Below, piece after piece: positions 45,649 to 56,028 of a DNA stretch of 64,000 nucleotides. The stretch is from Candidatus Spongiihabitans sp. (GTDB lineage Bacteria > Pseudomonadota > Gammaproteobacteria > Arenicellales > Poriferihabitantaceae): contig OZ253452.1 of the NCBI GenBank assembly GCA_965261425.1, positions 481,160-545,159 on the forward strand. The letters are read 5' to 3'. Made by a program: the position numbers and the translations under genes. The notes under the pieces are model-generated. The model did not search any database, was not told the DNA's origin, and worked only from the letters and a program-made list of their open reading frames with translations. The first letter of the stretch is position 1, and the number at the start of each line of letters is the position of its first letter.

Positions 45649-45969
45649 ATGAAAGGTGGGCTTGGCAATATTATGAAGCAGGCGCAGGCGATGCAGGAAG
45701 ATATGCAGAAAGCACGGCGGGAGCTTGAAAATGTGGAGGTGGTGGGTCAGTCGGGGGCAGGGCTGGTTGAGGTAATAATGAGTTGTTGCCACGATATAAA
45801 GAAAATAACGATTGATTCTGAATTGATGAGCGATGACAAAGAGGTGCTTGAAGATTTAATTGCCGCAGCAGTGAATGATGCGGTGCGAAAGGTTGAAAAA
45901 ACGACTGAGGAGAGAATGGGTGGGCTGGCTTCGGGGTTAAATATTCCCGGTCTGAAGTTGCCTTTTTAA
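45649..45969 (+). CDS. ybaB: Nucleoid-associated protein YbaB/EbfC
   Basis: 106 aa with [22 protein letters not shown]. It sits immediately upstream of recR, the conserved pairing. Confidence 0.9.
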   Translation: MKGGLGNIMKQAQAMQEDMQKARRELENVEVVGQSGAGLVEVIMSCCHDIKKITIDSELMSDDKEVLEDLIAAAVNDAVRKVEKTTEERMGGLASGLNIPGLKLPF

Positions 45970-46568
45970 TGGCAGATCCGCGTTCCGTAGCGGGCTTGAA
46001 ACAAGCCCTTCAGTGTCTCCCCGGAGTGGGACCGAAGTCTGCTCAACGGATGGCATTTCATCTGCTGGAAAGAGATCGGGAAGGGGCGCGTCAAATTGGC
46101 GATGCGATTCGTCAGGCATTATCTCGAGTCAACCACTGTAATCGCTGTAATAATTTTAGTGAATCGGCGTTTTGTCAAATATGTGTTTCGGCGAAGCGCG
46201 ATGCCACCATACTCTGTGTTGTTGAAACGCCAGCGGATTTGGATGCGATTGAGCAGTCGGGGATTTATCGGGGTATGTATTTTGTTTTGATGGGGCATTT
46301 GTCGCCATTAGACGACATCGGGCCGGATCAATTGGGTATTAAGCAGTTGCTGACGTTGATTGCAGATGATCCGATTGAGGAGGTGATTATGGCGACTAAT
46401 TTAACCCTTGAGGGGCAGGCGACCGGAGACTTTTTATTGGATTTGTTACAGGAGAAATCAGTGCAGGTAACGCAGCTTGCGCGTGGTATGCCCATCGGCG
46501 GGGAATTGGAATATATGGATGCGGGCACGCTCAATCAGGCGTTTTCTGATCGCCGTCTGGCGCGTTAG
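45969..46568 (+). CDS. recR: Recombination protein RecR
   Basis: 199 aa with HhH (LPGVGPKSAQRMAFHLL), C4 zinc finger (CNRCNNFSESAFCQIC) and Toprim domain. Confidence 0.95.
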   Translation: MADPRSVAGLKQALQCLPGVGPKSAQRMAFHLLERDREGARQIGDAIRQALSRVNHCNRCNNFSESAFCQICVSAKRDATILCVVETPADLDAIEQSGIYRGMYFVLMGHLSPLDDIGPDQLGIKQLLTLIADDPIEEVIMATNLTLEGQATGDFLLDLLQEKSVQVTQLARGMPIGGELEYMDAGTLNQAFSDRRLAR

Positions 46569-46595
46569 GAATCCTGTTCTTGATTCTGTTGTGCA

Positions 46596-47378
46596 ATGAT
46601 TCGACTAGCAGCATGTGTGGAATATTGTGGTCGCAACTATTGTGGCTGGCAACGTCAAACACATTCTGCATCGGTGCAACAGCAAGTTGAGCAAGCTATC
46701 AGCAAGGTCGCTAATCAACCTATTACGGTGCTTAACGCTGGGCGTACCGATAGCGGCGTGCATGGTATCGGACAAATTATTCACTTTAATACCGCCAGCG
46801 AGCGCACCTCAAATGAATGGTTGCGAGGCGTTAATACGCTTCTTCCGAATGATATTTCCCTTATTTGGACGCATCCGGTGGGGGATGATTTTCATGCTCG
46901 TTTTAGTGCGAAACGGCGGCGTTATCGTTATGTAATATTGAACCGACAAGTCAACCCGAGTTATCTGCACGGTCTGGTCACTTGGCATTATGGTGCGCTG
47001 GATTTTCTGCTGATGCAGCAAGCGGCAAAGGATTTGATTGGGCGACATGATTTTAGTGCCTATCGGGCAGCGCGTTGTCAGAGCAAAAACCCAATTAAGC
47101 ATGTTTATGAACTGACCCTCGAGCAATCAGGGGCGTGGATTTGGATCGATATTGTCGCGGACGGGTTTTTGCATCACATGGTACGCAATATTGTCGGGGT
47201 GCTGTTACGGATTGGTGAGCGACTTGAACCTGCAGACTGGGCGCAACAAGTATTACAAAGCCGCGACCGGAAAATAGCGGCAATAACGGCGGCGGCGGAT
47301 GGTTTGTATTTTGTTGCGGTGGAGTATGATGCTAAATTTGGCTTGCCCGACCCACCAGAAGTCTGTCGCTTTTGGTAA
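46596..47378 (+). CDS. truA: tRNA pseudouridine(38-40) synthase
   Basis: 260 aa with the GRTDSGVHG catalytic Asp motif and FLHHMVRNIVG. Confidence 0.92.
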   Translation: MIRLAACVEYCGRNYCGWQRQTHSASVQQQVEQAISKVANQPITVLNAGRTDSGVHGIGQIIHFNTASERTSNEWLRGVNTLLPNDISLIWTHPVGDDFHARFSAKRRRYRYVILNRQVNPSYLHGLVTWHYGALDFLLMQQAAKDLIGRHDFSAYRAARCQSKNPIKHVYELTLEQSGAWIWIDIVADGFLHHMVRNIVGVLLRIGERLEPADWAQQVLQSRDRKIAAITAAADGLYFVAVEYDAKFGLPDPPEVCRFW

Positions 47379-47428
47379 AATAACGCGGGTAAAAATCAGT
47401 CCTTGTTCAAAACACGGTTAGAGTCGCT

Positions 47429-48046
47429 TTGCGTATAAGAATAAAAATTTGTGGAATCACCAGCCCGAAAATCGCCTTGCAGGCAGTTGATGCGGGTGCG
47501 GACGCGCTTGGTTTGATGTTTTATCCCAACAGTAGCCGATACTTGACCATCGAACAGGCGGTTGCGATAGAGCGACACATTTTGCCATTTGTCGCTCGGA
47601 TCGGGGTGCTGGTCAATCCGAAAAAACAACATGTCGAGGAAATTTTGCAGAGATTACGGCTTGATTATCTGCAATTTCACGGTGATGAACCGGCTGCTTT
47701 TTGTGCCAGTTTTGGTGTACCCTACATAAAAGCGATACGGGTATCGGACGACACGGATTTGCGCGCATTGGAAAAACAATATCAGGATGCGGTCGGCTTG
47801 TTGCTCGATAGCGCGGTCGCCGATAGTTACGGTGGCACGGGCATCGCATTTGCATGGCACAAGGCAAAATACGGCGGCAACAAACCGATCATTCTTGCCG
47901 GTGGTCTCACTGCCGACAATGTTCAGACGGCTATTGCGACGGCATCGCCCTACGCGGTTGATGTCAGTAGCGGAGTCGAAACGGATGGCGTGAAAGAGGT
48001 CGAAAAAATGACCCAATTTTGTCAAAACGTCAATCGTGCTGGTTGA
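47429..48046 (+). CDS. trpF: N-(5'-phosphoribosyl)anthranilate isomerase
   Basis: 205 aa with IKICGIT, DALGLMFYPNSSRY, LQFHGDE and GGLTADNV. It has a TTG start and no in-frame ATG nearby. Confidence 0.88.
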   Translation: MRIRIKICGITSPKIALQAVDAGADALGLMFYPNSSRYLTIEQAVAIERHILPFVARIGVLVNPKKQHVEEILQRLRLDYLQFHGDEPAAFCASFGVPYIKAIRVSDDTDLRALEKQYQDAVGLLLDSAVADSYGGTGIAFAWHKAKYGGNKPIILAGGLTADNVQTAIATASPYAVDVSSGVETDGVKEVEKMTQFCQNVNRAG

Positions 48047-48087
48047 ATATTTAGTCAACAAATAATTTAACAAAATATTGTAAATAT

Positions 48088-49032
48088 ATGAATTGGTTTG
48101 AAAAAATAATTCCACCAAAAATAAAAACGGTCGGCAACTTGCGCCGCAAGGGCGTGCCCGAAGGGCTGTGGAATAAATGCACATCCTGTCAGGCGGTGTT
48201 GTATGCGGTGGAGCTTGCGCGCAGTCTTGCGGTCTGTCCAAAATGCAATAATCACATGCGAATCGGCGCCAAAGAGCGGCTACAAGCATTTTTCGATCAG
48301 GATTCGGTGCAGTGGTTAGCTGAAAATGTGAAACCGATTGATATTTTCAAATTCAAAGACCAAAAGAAGTACAAAGATCGCTTGCAGGAGGCGCGCAAGA
48401 AGAGCAAATCATCTGAAGCCCTGCTTGGCGCGAGCGGGCAGATTAACGGATTAAATGTGACTGCTGTGGCGTTTGAATTCAAGTTTATGGGCGGCTCTAT
48501 GGGTTCGGCGGTGGGCGAGCGATTTGTCCAGACGGCGAATTATAGCCTTGAACATCGCCAACCACTGATTAGTTTCGCTGCCAGTGGTGGTGCGCGAATG
48601 CAGGAAGCCCTTTTTTCCCTAATGCAAATGTCCAAAACCACGGCAATCATCGCCAAGCTCAAGGAGCAGGGTATTCCCTATATTTCAGTGTTGACCGATC
48701 CGACCATGGGCGGTGTTTCAGCCAGTTTGGCAATGCTTGGCGATATTGTTATTGCCGAGCCGAAAGCGTTGGTGGGGTTTGCCGGTCCTCGGGTGATTGA
48801 GCAAACGGTTCGACAAACTTTGCCCGATGGCTTCCAACGTGCGGAATTTCTGCTTTCACATGGTGCCATCGACATGATTATTGATCGGCGTGAAATGAAG
48901 CGGGAAATTCACCAGTTACTCGGAAAACTGGGCTTCGGTTCGCGCTCATCCATGTCGGCACTGGAAAATGATTCCGGCAATGACCGTGGCGATTGGCTGG
49001 AAGGGGAATTATTGCCTACACTCGATAAGTAA
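48088..49032 (+). CDS. accD: Acetyl-CoA carboxylase carboxyltransferase beta subunit
   Basis: N-terminal C4 zinc ribbon (CTSCQAVLY...CPKCNNH) followed by the FMGGSMG carboxyltransferase motif. Confidence 0.95.
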   Translation: MNWFEKIIPPKIKTVGNLRRKGVPEGLWNKCTSCQAVLYAVELARSLAVCPKCNNHMRIGAKERLQAFFDQDSVQWLAENVKPIDIFKFKDQKKYKDRLQEARKKSKSSEALLGASGQINGLNVTAVAFEFKFMGGSMGSAVGERFVQTANYSLEHRQPLISFAASGGARMQEALFSLMQMSKTTAIIAKLKEQGIPYISVLTDPTMGGVSASLAMLGDIVIAEPKALVGFAGPRVIEQTVRQTLPDGFQRAEFLLSHGAIDMIIDRREMKREIHQLLGKLGFGSRSSMSALENDSGNDRGDWLEGELLPTLDK

Positions 49033-49033
49033 T

Positions 49034-50392
49034 ATGAATATGGAACGGTTGCAGTTTGGTATGGAGAAATGGTTGCAGCATATCCAGACCCAACATTGGC
49101 GCACGATTGATCTGACGTTGCAACGTGTTTCGCAGGTTTGGCATCAGCTTGGCGGGCGATGTGCGAATTTCACCATCGTTGTTGCTGGTACAAATGGCAA
49201 AGGATCTTCTGTCAGTATGCTGGATGGCGTGTTTCGGCACTCGGGCAAGCGTACTGGCAGTTATACATCGCCTCATCTGGTGCGATTCAATGAACGCATA
49301 AAAATCAATGGCATGGAAGCGACCGATGCAGATATATGTCAGGCTTTTGTGCGTATTGAAGAGACCCGGGATGGTATTCCACTGACCTATTTTGAGTTTG
49401 GGACGCTGGCGGCATTGCTGGTTTTTGAGCAATATAATGTAGATATTGCGATACTGGAAGTGGGTATGGGCGGTCGTCTTGACGCGGTCAATATCGTGCA
49501 TAACGATCTGGTTTTGATGACTTCCATTGATGTTGACCACGAACAATGGCTGGGGAGCGACCGTGAATCCATTGCGGCAGAGAAAGCCGGCGTTATCGAG
49601 CGCGGGGGCATCGTGGTTTGTTCCGACCCGAATATGCCAGACAGCGTGTTGACCATTGCGAAGCAACAAAATGCCACCTTGATTGGCGCGGGCAGGGACT
49701 ATTCGGTGGAGGTTATCTCAAATGTAGCCGCGACCCACCAAGCAGGTGAAACCAGTGTATGCTGGAAAAGCAATCATGCTGACATTCCGCAAGATTGGCG
49801 TTGCATTCATCCGTTAGTGCCCCCTTTTAGCGGCAATCATCAAATCACTAATCTCGGCGGTGTGGTGGCAGCGTTAGCGTTGAGCAGTGGCAAAACCGCT
49901 GTGAGTACAGCCGATCTGAATACGGGCTTGGGTAAAGCCGGATTATCTGCCCGCTGTCAGGTGCTTGCCAAGCGATCCGATGACTGCCCGGAAGTGATTG
50001 TTGATGTGGCACATAATCGGGCTTCTGCCAGCGAATTGGCAGGTTTTCTTGCGGAGCGGCGATGTACGGGGAAAACTTATGCCGTGATTGGTGTATTAGC
50101 CGATAAAACTCTTGAACAGATTGTCGAGCCGGTCATGGGGCATATCGATTATTGGTTTTTAGCGTCATTGACGGGTGAAAGAGGGCAAACAAGCACCCAA
50201 TTAGCGGACAAATTAAGACGGCTGGTCAATGATGTGAAACCACCGAAGCAGGCAAAGTGGGAAGCGAGAGAAAATCCTGTTGCGGCTTATTTAGCCGCCA
50301 TAGATCGGGCTAATGCCGCCGATAGAGTGGTAATTTTCGGGTCATTTTATACAGTCGGTGATATAATTGGCTATCTTGAACAGGCAAAGTAA
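49034..50392 (+). CDS. folC: Bifunctional folylpolyglutamate synthase / dihydrofolate synthase
   Basis: Mur-ligase P-loop VAGTNGKGS and SPHLVRFNERI. I place the start at the ATG at 49034, just after the accD stop. Confidence 0.92.
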   Translation: MNMERLQFGMEKWLQHIQTQHWRTIDLTLQRVSQVWHQLGGRCANFTIVVAGTNGKGSSVSMLDGVFRHSGKRTGSYTSPHLVRFNERIKINGMEATDADICQAFVRIEETRDGIPLTYFEFGTLAALLVFEQYNVDIAILEVGMGGRLDAVNIVHNDLVLMTSIDVDHEQWLGSDRESIAAEKAGVIERGGIVVCSDPNMPDSVLTIAKQQNATLIGAGRDYSVEVISNVAATHQAGETSVCWKSNHADIPQDWRCIHPLVPPFSGNHQITNLGGVVAALALSSGKTAVSTADLNTGLGKAGLSARCQVLAKRSDDCPEVIVDVAHNRASASELAGFLAERRCTGKTYAVIGVLADKTLEQIVEPVMGHIDYWFLASLTGERGQTSTQLADKLRRLVNDVKPPKQAKWEARENPVAAYLAAIDRANAADRVVIFGSFYTVGDIIGYLEQAK

Positions 50393-50514
50393 GTTTGCAA
50401 GCAGGTTTGCCGACGCATATCTATTATGAGAGACCTGTCTTGTTTCTGTTAATTTCTCTGTTATTTAATAATGACTCAATCGCAACCAAAAGCGCAGCCG
50501 AAACACATCATAAA

Positions 50515-51171
50515 ATGTCTCAGGCGCAGATAAAATACCGTTTGACCGGAGCAGTCATTATAGTCGGGATCGCTATTATTGTGATTTCAGTTTTGCTGAA
50601 AACCCCAGCAAACACGCCGAATACGTCATTCGACCATACCGACAGCAATCGTCAAACCTTTGTGTTAGATTTGCCGAATGTGTCGGATGTGAGCAATACG
50701 GATTCAGCGGATGGTGAGGCGACCAGCGACGACACCAGCGAGGAAGTTGACAAGCCGGCGTTGCAGCCCAAAGTGGATACGCCGGTTATCTCGGCACAGA
50801 ATCCAGTGGTCGAATCGAGTGCGAAAGACACGAATTCCACTGAGAACACCGTACTCACCAAAGACGAACAGTCGATACCCTCCACCAAAAGTGTTCCACA
50901 AGCCGATGAGTCATCCCATGATATTTCCAAAGACGGTGAATGGTCTGTGCGTGTCGGCACCTATTCTAAAACAGAAAATGTCAATATAGTTTCGGCGTTG
51001 CTCAAGCGTCATGGATTTGAAGCACAACAGACTAAAGTACAAACCACATTGGGACCCGCCACGCGGATTTGGCTCGGACCTTATAGCAAAAAGCAAACCG
51101 CCGAAAAAGTCAGCCTACGTTTGAAGACGATTAACGGCGAAAAGGGTTATGTGACCAAACAATCATCTTGA
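50515..51171 (+). CDS. dedD: SPOR-domain cell-division protein (DedD-like)
   Basis: Single TM helix, a low-complexity linker and a C-terminal SPOR domain (WSVRVGTYSKTENVNIVSALLKRHGFEAQ...RIWLGPYSKKQTAEKV). The position between folC and cvpA matches E. coli. I prefer the start at MSQAQIKY (50515). Confidence 0.8.
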   Translation: MSQAQIKYRLTGAVIIVGIAIIVISVLLKTPANTPNTSFDHTDSNRQTFVLDLPNVSDVSNTDSADGEATSDDTSEEVDKPALQPKVDTPVISAQNPVVESSAKDTNSTENTVLTKDEQSIPSTKSVPQADESSHDISKDGEWSVRVGTYSKTENVNIVSALLKRHGFEAQQTKVQTTLGPATRIWLGPYSKKQTAEKVSLRLKTINGEKGYVTKQSS

Positions 51172-51228
51172 TTATGAGCGACTTTTACACCATCCAAAAT
51201 AAGTTACATCCACGATGCCAAGGTCTAA

Positions 51229-51726
51229 ATGAATATCGTTGACATTGGAATCGTTGCGATTGTTGTCATTTCATTGTTTATTGGCTTGTTCAGAGGGTTT
51301 ATCCGTGAAGTATTGTCGTTATTCTCGTGGATTTCCGCATTATGGGTCGCCTATAAATTCGCCCTTGTTGGGGCACTCTATTTGCAACCCTATATTAATC
51401 AGCCACCGTTAAGAATCGTGGCGGCTTTCGCGGCTATATTTGTGGTCGCACTTATTGTAATTTCCATTTTCAGTTATTTGATTTATAGAGTGCTGTCGGT
51501 TACTGGTATTTCTGGCGTGGATCGTTCGCTGGGCACACTCTTTGGTTTAATACGGGGCGTTGTTATCATCGCCGTATTTATATTGGCGGCGACATTTATG
51601 GATTTTGTCTCGCAACCGTGGTGGCAAAACTCATTATTGATCGGCTATTTCAATCCGGTTACAGATTTTATTCAATCGCTGTTGCCCGCGGATATCGTTG
51701 AGTTTGTACAACAAGGATCGCCTTAA
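51229..51726 (+). CDS. cvpA: Colicin V production protein CvpA family membrane protein
   Basis: 165 aa with 4 TM helices and GLFRGFIREVLSLFSW. Synteny is conserved. Confidence 0.88.
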   Translation: MNIVDIGIVAIVVISLFIGLFRGFIREVLSLFSWISALWVAYKFALVGALYLQPYINQPPLRIVAAFAAIFVVALIVISIFSYLIYRVLSVTGISGVDRSLGTLFGLIRGVVIIAVFILAATFMDFVSQPWWQNSLLIGYFNPVTDFIQSLLPADIVEFVQQGSP

Positions 51727-51750
51727 TCAGCAATCAAGAGGGCTTAAATT

Positions 51751-53280
51751 ATGTGCGGATTGGTAGGCATTCTCGGAACAGATCGAGTGAATCAGGCGTT
51801 GTATGACGGCTTGACCGTAGTGCAACATCGTGGTCAGGATTCGGCAGGTATTATGACCTGCGATGGGGATCGGGTTTATTTACGCAAAGATAATGGCTTG
51901 GTTCGGGATGTTTTTCATACCCGACACATGGTACAGCTACAAGGCACAATGGGAGTCGGGCATGTGCGTTATCCCACAGCGGGTAGCGATTCTCGCGCTG
52001 AATCGCAGCCATTTTATGTCAATTCGCCATTTGGAATCGCGCTCGGGCATAACGGCAATTTAACCAATGCCGATGAACTTCGAGAGGATTTGTTCAAGCA
52101 AGATTTACGGCAGATTAACACCTCGTCAGATTCGGAAATCCTGCTCAATATTTTTGCCCACGAGCTACGCAAAGCGGTTGGCAAATCGAGTTTACGCGCT
52201 GCCCCAGAAGATGTTTTTACTGCCGTTACTGGGGTGATGCGGCGTTGTCGTGGCGCGTATGCCGTGGTTGCGATGATTGTGGGCGTGGGGATTGTCGCAT
52301 TTAGAGACCCCTGCGGCATCAGACCGCTGGTTTATGGTACGAAAAAATCAGCCTCTGCGACATCGCACATGGTAGCCTCAGAAAGTGTCGCTCTGGATGT
52401 TTTGGATTATGAGCGAGTCAGGGACATACTGCCCGGCGAAGTGATATTGATTGACCTTGAAGGCAAGGCGCATCGTTCAATTTGCACCAACGAGACCTGC
52501 TACGCGCCGTGTATTTTTGAATACGTCTATCTTGCCAGACCCGATTCAATTATTGATGACATTCACGTTTATCAAACACGAATCCACATGGGGGAGCGTC
52601 TCGGACATCGCCTCAAACAGGAATGGTCGAATCACGATATTGACGTGGTTATTCCGGTACCGGATACCAGCAGAACCGCAGCATTGGAAATGGCAATGGC
52701 ATTGAAATTGCCCTATCGTGAAGGCTTTATCAAGAACCGTTATATCGGCAGAACCTTTATCATGCCCGGTCAGGAGGAACGAAAAAAATCAGTGCGCCAA
52801 AAACTCAATGCCATCACCTCAGAATTTGCCGGAAAAACAGTTTTGTTGGTTGATGATTCTATTGTACGCGGAACCACCTCGAAAAAAATCATCGAGCTGG
52901 CGCGTGATGCCGGCGCAAAAAAAGTCTATTTTGCATCGGCTGCGCCCCCGGTGCGCTATTCCAATGTATATGGTATTGATATGCCGTCAACAACAGAACT
53001 GGTCGCGCATAATAGAACCAATGAGCAGATTTGCGCTGAAATTGGTGCCGACAAACTGATATACCAGAAACTCGATGATTTAGTCGCGGCAGTCGCGCAG
53101 TGTAATCCAAGCATCAAACAGTTCGACACGTCCTGTTTTGATGGTCAATACATCACCGGCGATATTACCCCCGAATATTTACGTAGAGTGGATGTTAAGC
53201 GTAATGACAAAGCCAAAGAAAACGACAAGAATGAGCTAGATCTTTCGGAAATAACCGATATACGAAAGGAACATGCCTGA
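51751..53280 (+). CDS. purF: Amidophosphoribosyltransferase
   Basis: Starts MCG (Ntn-amidotransferase Cys1). It has QHRGQDSAG and the PRPP loop [13 protein letters not shown]. Confidence 0.95.
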   Translation: MCGLVGILGTDRVNQALYDGLTVVQHRGQDSAGIMTCDGDRVYLRKDNGLVRDVFHTRHMVQLQGTMGVGHVRYPTAGSDSRAESQPFYVNSPFGIALGHNGNLTNADELREDLFKQDLRQINTSSDSEILLNIFAHELRKAVGKSSLRAAPEDVFTAVTGVMRRCRGAYAVVAMIVGVGIVAFRDPCGIRPLVYGTKKSASATSHMVASESVALDVLDYERVRDILPGEVILIDLEGKAHRSICTNETCYAPCIFEYVYLARPDSIIDDIHVYQTRIHMGERLGHRLKQEWSNHDIDVVIPVPDTSRTAALEMAMALKLPYREGFIKNRYIGRTFIMPGQEERKKSVRQKLNAITSEFAGKTVLLVDDSIVRGTTSKKIIELARDAGAKKVYFASAAPPVRYSNVYGIDMPSTTELVAHNRTNEQICAEIGADKLIYQKLDDLVAAVAQCNPSIKQFDTSCFDGQYITGDITPEYLRRVDVKRNDKAKENDKNELDLSEITDIRKEHA

Positions 53281-53460
53281 AACCCGCTCTGAGACCTTTG
53301 CACGATAGTTCTTTTGCCTTCTAGCTGCGTCAAAATCGTACTCAATCGGTCATTTATAAATATAAACTCCCTCATTCCGTGCGTTTTTTCCTTGCTATAA
53401 AACAAAATTCCGGCTCGTGTAAAGGTCTCATTCCGAATATTTCGGTTTGTAGTCGGCAGG

Positions 53461-54192
53461 TCATCGGCGTAATGAAAAACGACCGTTGTCGTAATAAAGC
53501 ACGCTTTTTTGCGTGTACCAGTCACCCAGCACATAGCGTTTTGCTGGCATGTTGTCCAGACTAAATTCATGGATTGCTGGTTTGTGGGTGTGCCCGTGTA
53601 TCATGGTCAATACATCATGCTCGCGCATGACTTTTTCGACCTCGTGTTGATTCACATCTGTCATCTTCATACTCTTGATTTGCTTGGATGTTTCACTTTT
53701 TTTTCGCATTGATTTGGCAACATCCATTCTTTCGGTAACGGGTTTATTTAGAAACGCATTTTTCCATTTGGAAGTCAGCATTTCCTGACGAGCTGTTTGA
53801 TGTTCAATATCGTTAGTGCATAACATATCGCCGTGGGTGAGTAGCACTTGTTCTGCGCCCAGTGTAATCAGCGTGGGATCCGCAAGGATTGTGCAGCCGG
53901 TACGTTTTGCAAAGTCATTGCCAATTAGAAAATCCCGATTACCATGGATAAAAAATAACTCTAGCCCGTCATTGACGGTACGGCGGATTATATTTTCTAC
54001 CGCTTCCTGACCCAGAGCGGCACTGCCGTCATCGCCGACCCAAACTTCAAACAGGTCGCCCAAAATGTAAAGCCGGCTGAGTTGCCCGCTTGAATCGGAC
54101 ATGAATTGATCAAACCAGTGGGTTGATGCCGGTCGTGCAGGGTCTAAATGCAGGTCAGAAATTAATGCGATGGTCATTGCCGTAGTCGTCAA
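53461..54192 (-). CDS. lpxH: UDP-2,3-diacylglucosamine diphosphatase
   Basis: Calcineurin-like phosphoesterase motifs ISDLHL, GDLFEVWVGDD, GNRD and HGHTH. Confidence 0.9.
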   Translation of the reverse strand: MTTTAMTIALISDLHLDPARPASTHWFDQFMSDSSGQLSRLYILGDLFEVWVGDDGSAALGQEAVENIIRRTVNDGLELFFIHGNRDFLIGNDFAKRTGCTILADPTLITLGAEQVLLTHGDMLCTNDIEHQTARQEMLTSKWKNAFLNKPVTERMDVAKSMRKKSETSKQIKSMKMTDVNQHEVEKVMREHDVLTMIHGHTHKPAIHEFSLDNMPAKRYVLGDWYTQKSVLYYDNGRFSLRR

Positions 54193-54282
54193 AAAAATAG
54201 AATTTAAGAAATGGAATGCTAACTCGAAATATTATACCATCGCTATCATCATTCGTAATGAGAAATTTCACCACTCAAAAAC

Positions 54283-55656
54283 ATGAAAATAAAGTTGTAC
54301 GACAGCTATTCGCGTAGTCTGCGCGAATTTGAACCGCTTGAAGGTAATCGGGTGAGGATTTATGCCTGTGGACCGACCGTTTATGACTACGCCCACATCG
54401 GCAATTTACGCACCTATATTTTCGAAGACACCTTGCGCCGAACGTTGGAGTTTTATGGTTACCAAATCACCCACGTTGTCAATATCACCGATGTCGGGCA
54501 TCTCACCTCGGATGCCGATAGTGGCGAGGACAAAATTGAACAAGGGGCAAAAAGAACCGGCAAAACGGCATGGGAAATTGCCACACTTTATACTGCCGCC
54601 TTCAAACAAGATTTACAACTGCTGAATATCTTACAGCCCGATATATGGTGTCGAGCGACCGATCATATTGCCGAGCAAATCAACGACATCCGCGAAATCG
54701 AAAAAAAGGGCTGTGCCTATATCACCAGCGATGGGGTGTATTTTGACACATCTAAACTCGAAGACTACGGCTATTTGGCGCGACTTGATGTTGACGGTTT
54801 AAACGCTGGTCAACGTATTGATGTTGGTGAAAAACGCAATCCGACTGATTTTGCGCTGTGGAAATTCAGCCCGCAAGAGAAGGCTCGACAGATGGAATGG
54901 GAAAGTCCTTGGGGCACTGGATTCCCCGGCTGGCATATTGAATGCTCGGCGATGGCAGTCAAATATCTTGGCAAAATGTTTGATATACATTGTGGTGGAA
55001 AAGATCATATTCCGGTACATCACTCCAATGAAATCGCCCAAGCGCAAGTATGCTACGGCACGCGATTAGCCAATTTCTGGTTGCATGGCTATTTTCTTGA
55101 AACCAATCAGACAAAAATGTCCAAGTCCTCGGGCGAATTCTTGCGTCTGCAAACCATAATTGAGCGCGACTATGACCCACTCAGTTACCGCTATCTCTGC
55201 CTGACCGCCCATTATCGTAGCGATCTGAAATTCACTTGGCAAAGTCTCGATAGCGCGCAAACCGCATTAAACCGATTGCGTCACGCCACCCACCAATGGG
55301 GTCAGTCGGGAACCCCTGACAACCACTATCTGCAACAATTTCGCCAAACTATTTACGATGATTTAAACACCCCCAAAGCACTGGCAGTAATATGGAATCT
55401 AGTCAAAAGCGACCTTGACCCAGCCACTAAAAAAGCCACCCTTGTGCAATGCGACCAAGCACTAGGACTCAACCTGAAAGATTGGCAGCCAACCGCATTG
55501 GCAATGCCCGACCAGATAAAAGAATTGATGGCATTACGCGCCCATGCCAGAGCATCTAAGAACTGGAGCGAAGCCGATAAATTACGCAACCAGATTGCCG
55601 CGCAAGGCTATGAAATAGAAGATTCTGCAACCGGCGCGACCCTGAGGAAAAAGTAG
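54283..55656 (+). CDS. cysS: Cysteine--tRNA ligase
   Basis: Class-I motifs HIGN (YDYAHIGNLR) and KMSKS, plus GWHIECS. Confidence 0.95.
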   Translation: MKIKLYDSYSRSLREFEPLEGNRVRIYACGPTVYDYAHIGNLRTYIFEDTLRRTLEFYGYQITHVVNITDVGHLTSDADSGEDKIEQGAKRTGKTAWEIATLYTAAFKQDLQLLNILQPDIWCRATDHIAEQINDIREIEKKGCAYITSDGVYFDTSKLEDYGYLARLDVDGLNAGQRIDVGEKRNPTDFALWKFSPQEKARQMEWESPWGTGFPGWHIECSAMAVKYLGKMFDIHCGGKDHIPVHHSNEIAQAQVCYGTRLANFWLHGYFLETNQTKMSKSSGEFLRLQTIIERDYDPLSYRYLCLTAHYRSDLKFTWQSLDSAQTALNRLRHATHQWGQSGTPDNHYLQQFRQTIYDDLNTPKALAVIWNLVKSDLDPATKKATLVQCDQALGLNLKDWQPTALAMPDQIKELMALRAHARASKNWSEADKLRNQIAAQGYEIEDSATGATLRKK

Positions 55657-55683
55657 CAATCGCCGAAAGACCGTTAATGGACA

Positions 55684-55965
55684 CGCCCTTTGCGGGTTTG
55701 GCTGTTTTACTGGATTCCTGCTCCCCGCCTGCGCGGGGACAGGCTTCGCAGGAAAGACGGATGTTGGTTTCTTGCACAGTCTCTTTCGCGGGAATGACGG
55801 TGGTTGGTTTCTTGCACAGTCTCTTTCGCGGGAATGACGGTGGTTGGTTTCTTGCACAGTCTCTTTCGCGGGAATGACGGTGGTTGGGTTCTTGCAAAGT
55901 CTCTTTCGCGGGAATGACGGTGGTTGGGTTCTTGCACAGTCTCAAACGACTCCCGATTCGTAATT
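55684..55965 (+). repeat. Dispersed repeat family cluster with 40-bp tandem array (4.3 copies)
   Basis: M1 and long hairpin modules are followed by the unit CTTGCACAGTCTCTTTCGCGGGAATGACGGTGGTTGG(T/G)TT starting at 55771, 55811, 55851 and 55891, plus a partial unit at 55931-55943. An AAATTACGAATCG module (reverse complement) lies at ~55955. Confidence 0.92.
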
Positions 55966-56028
55966 TTCCATTCGTCAGGACGCAAGTTTGATATGATACC
56001 TACCCATTTTTAATATGAGTTGCTGAAC

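Noticed and set aside
47654-49669. Long minus-strand ORFs 47654-48289 (211 aa) and 49016-49669 (217 aa).
   Set aside because: They are antisense to trpF and accD, and to folC, which have strong family signatures. Their translations are low-complexity, Arg/Cys-rich and have no recognisable motifs.
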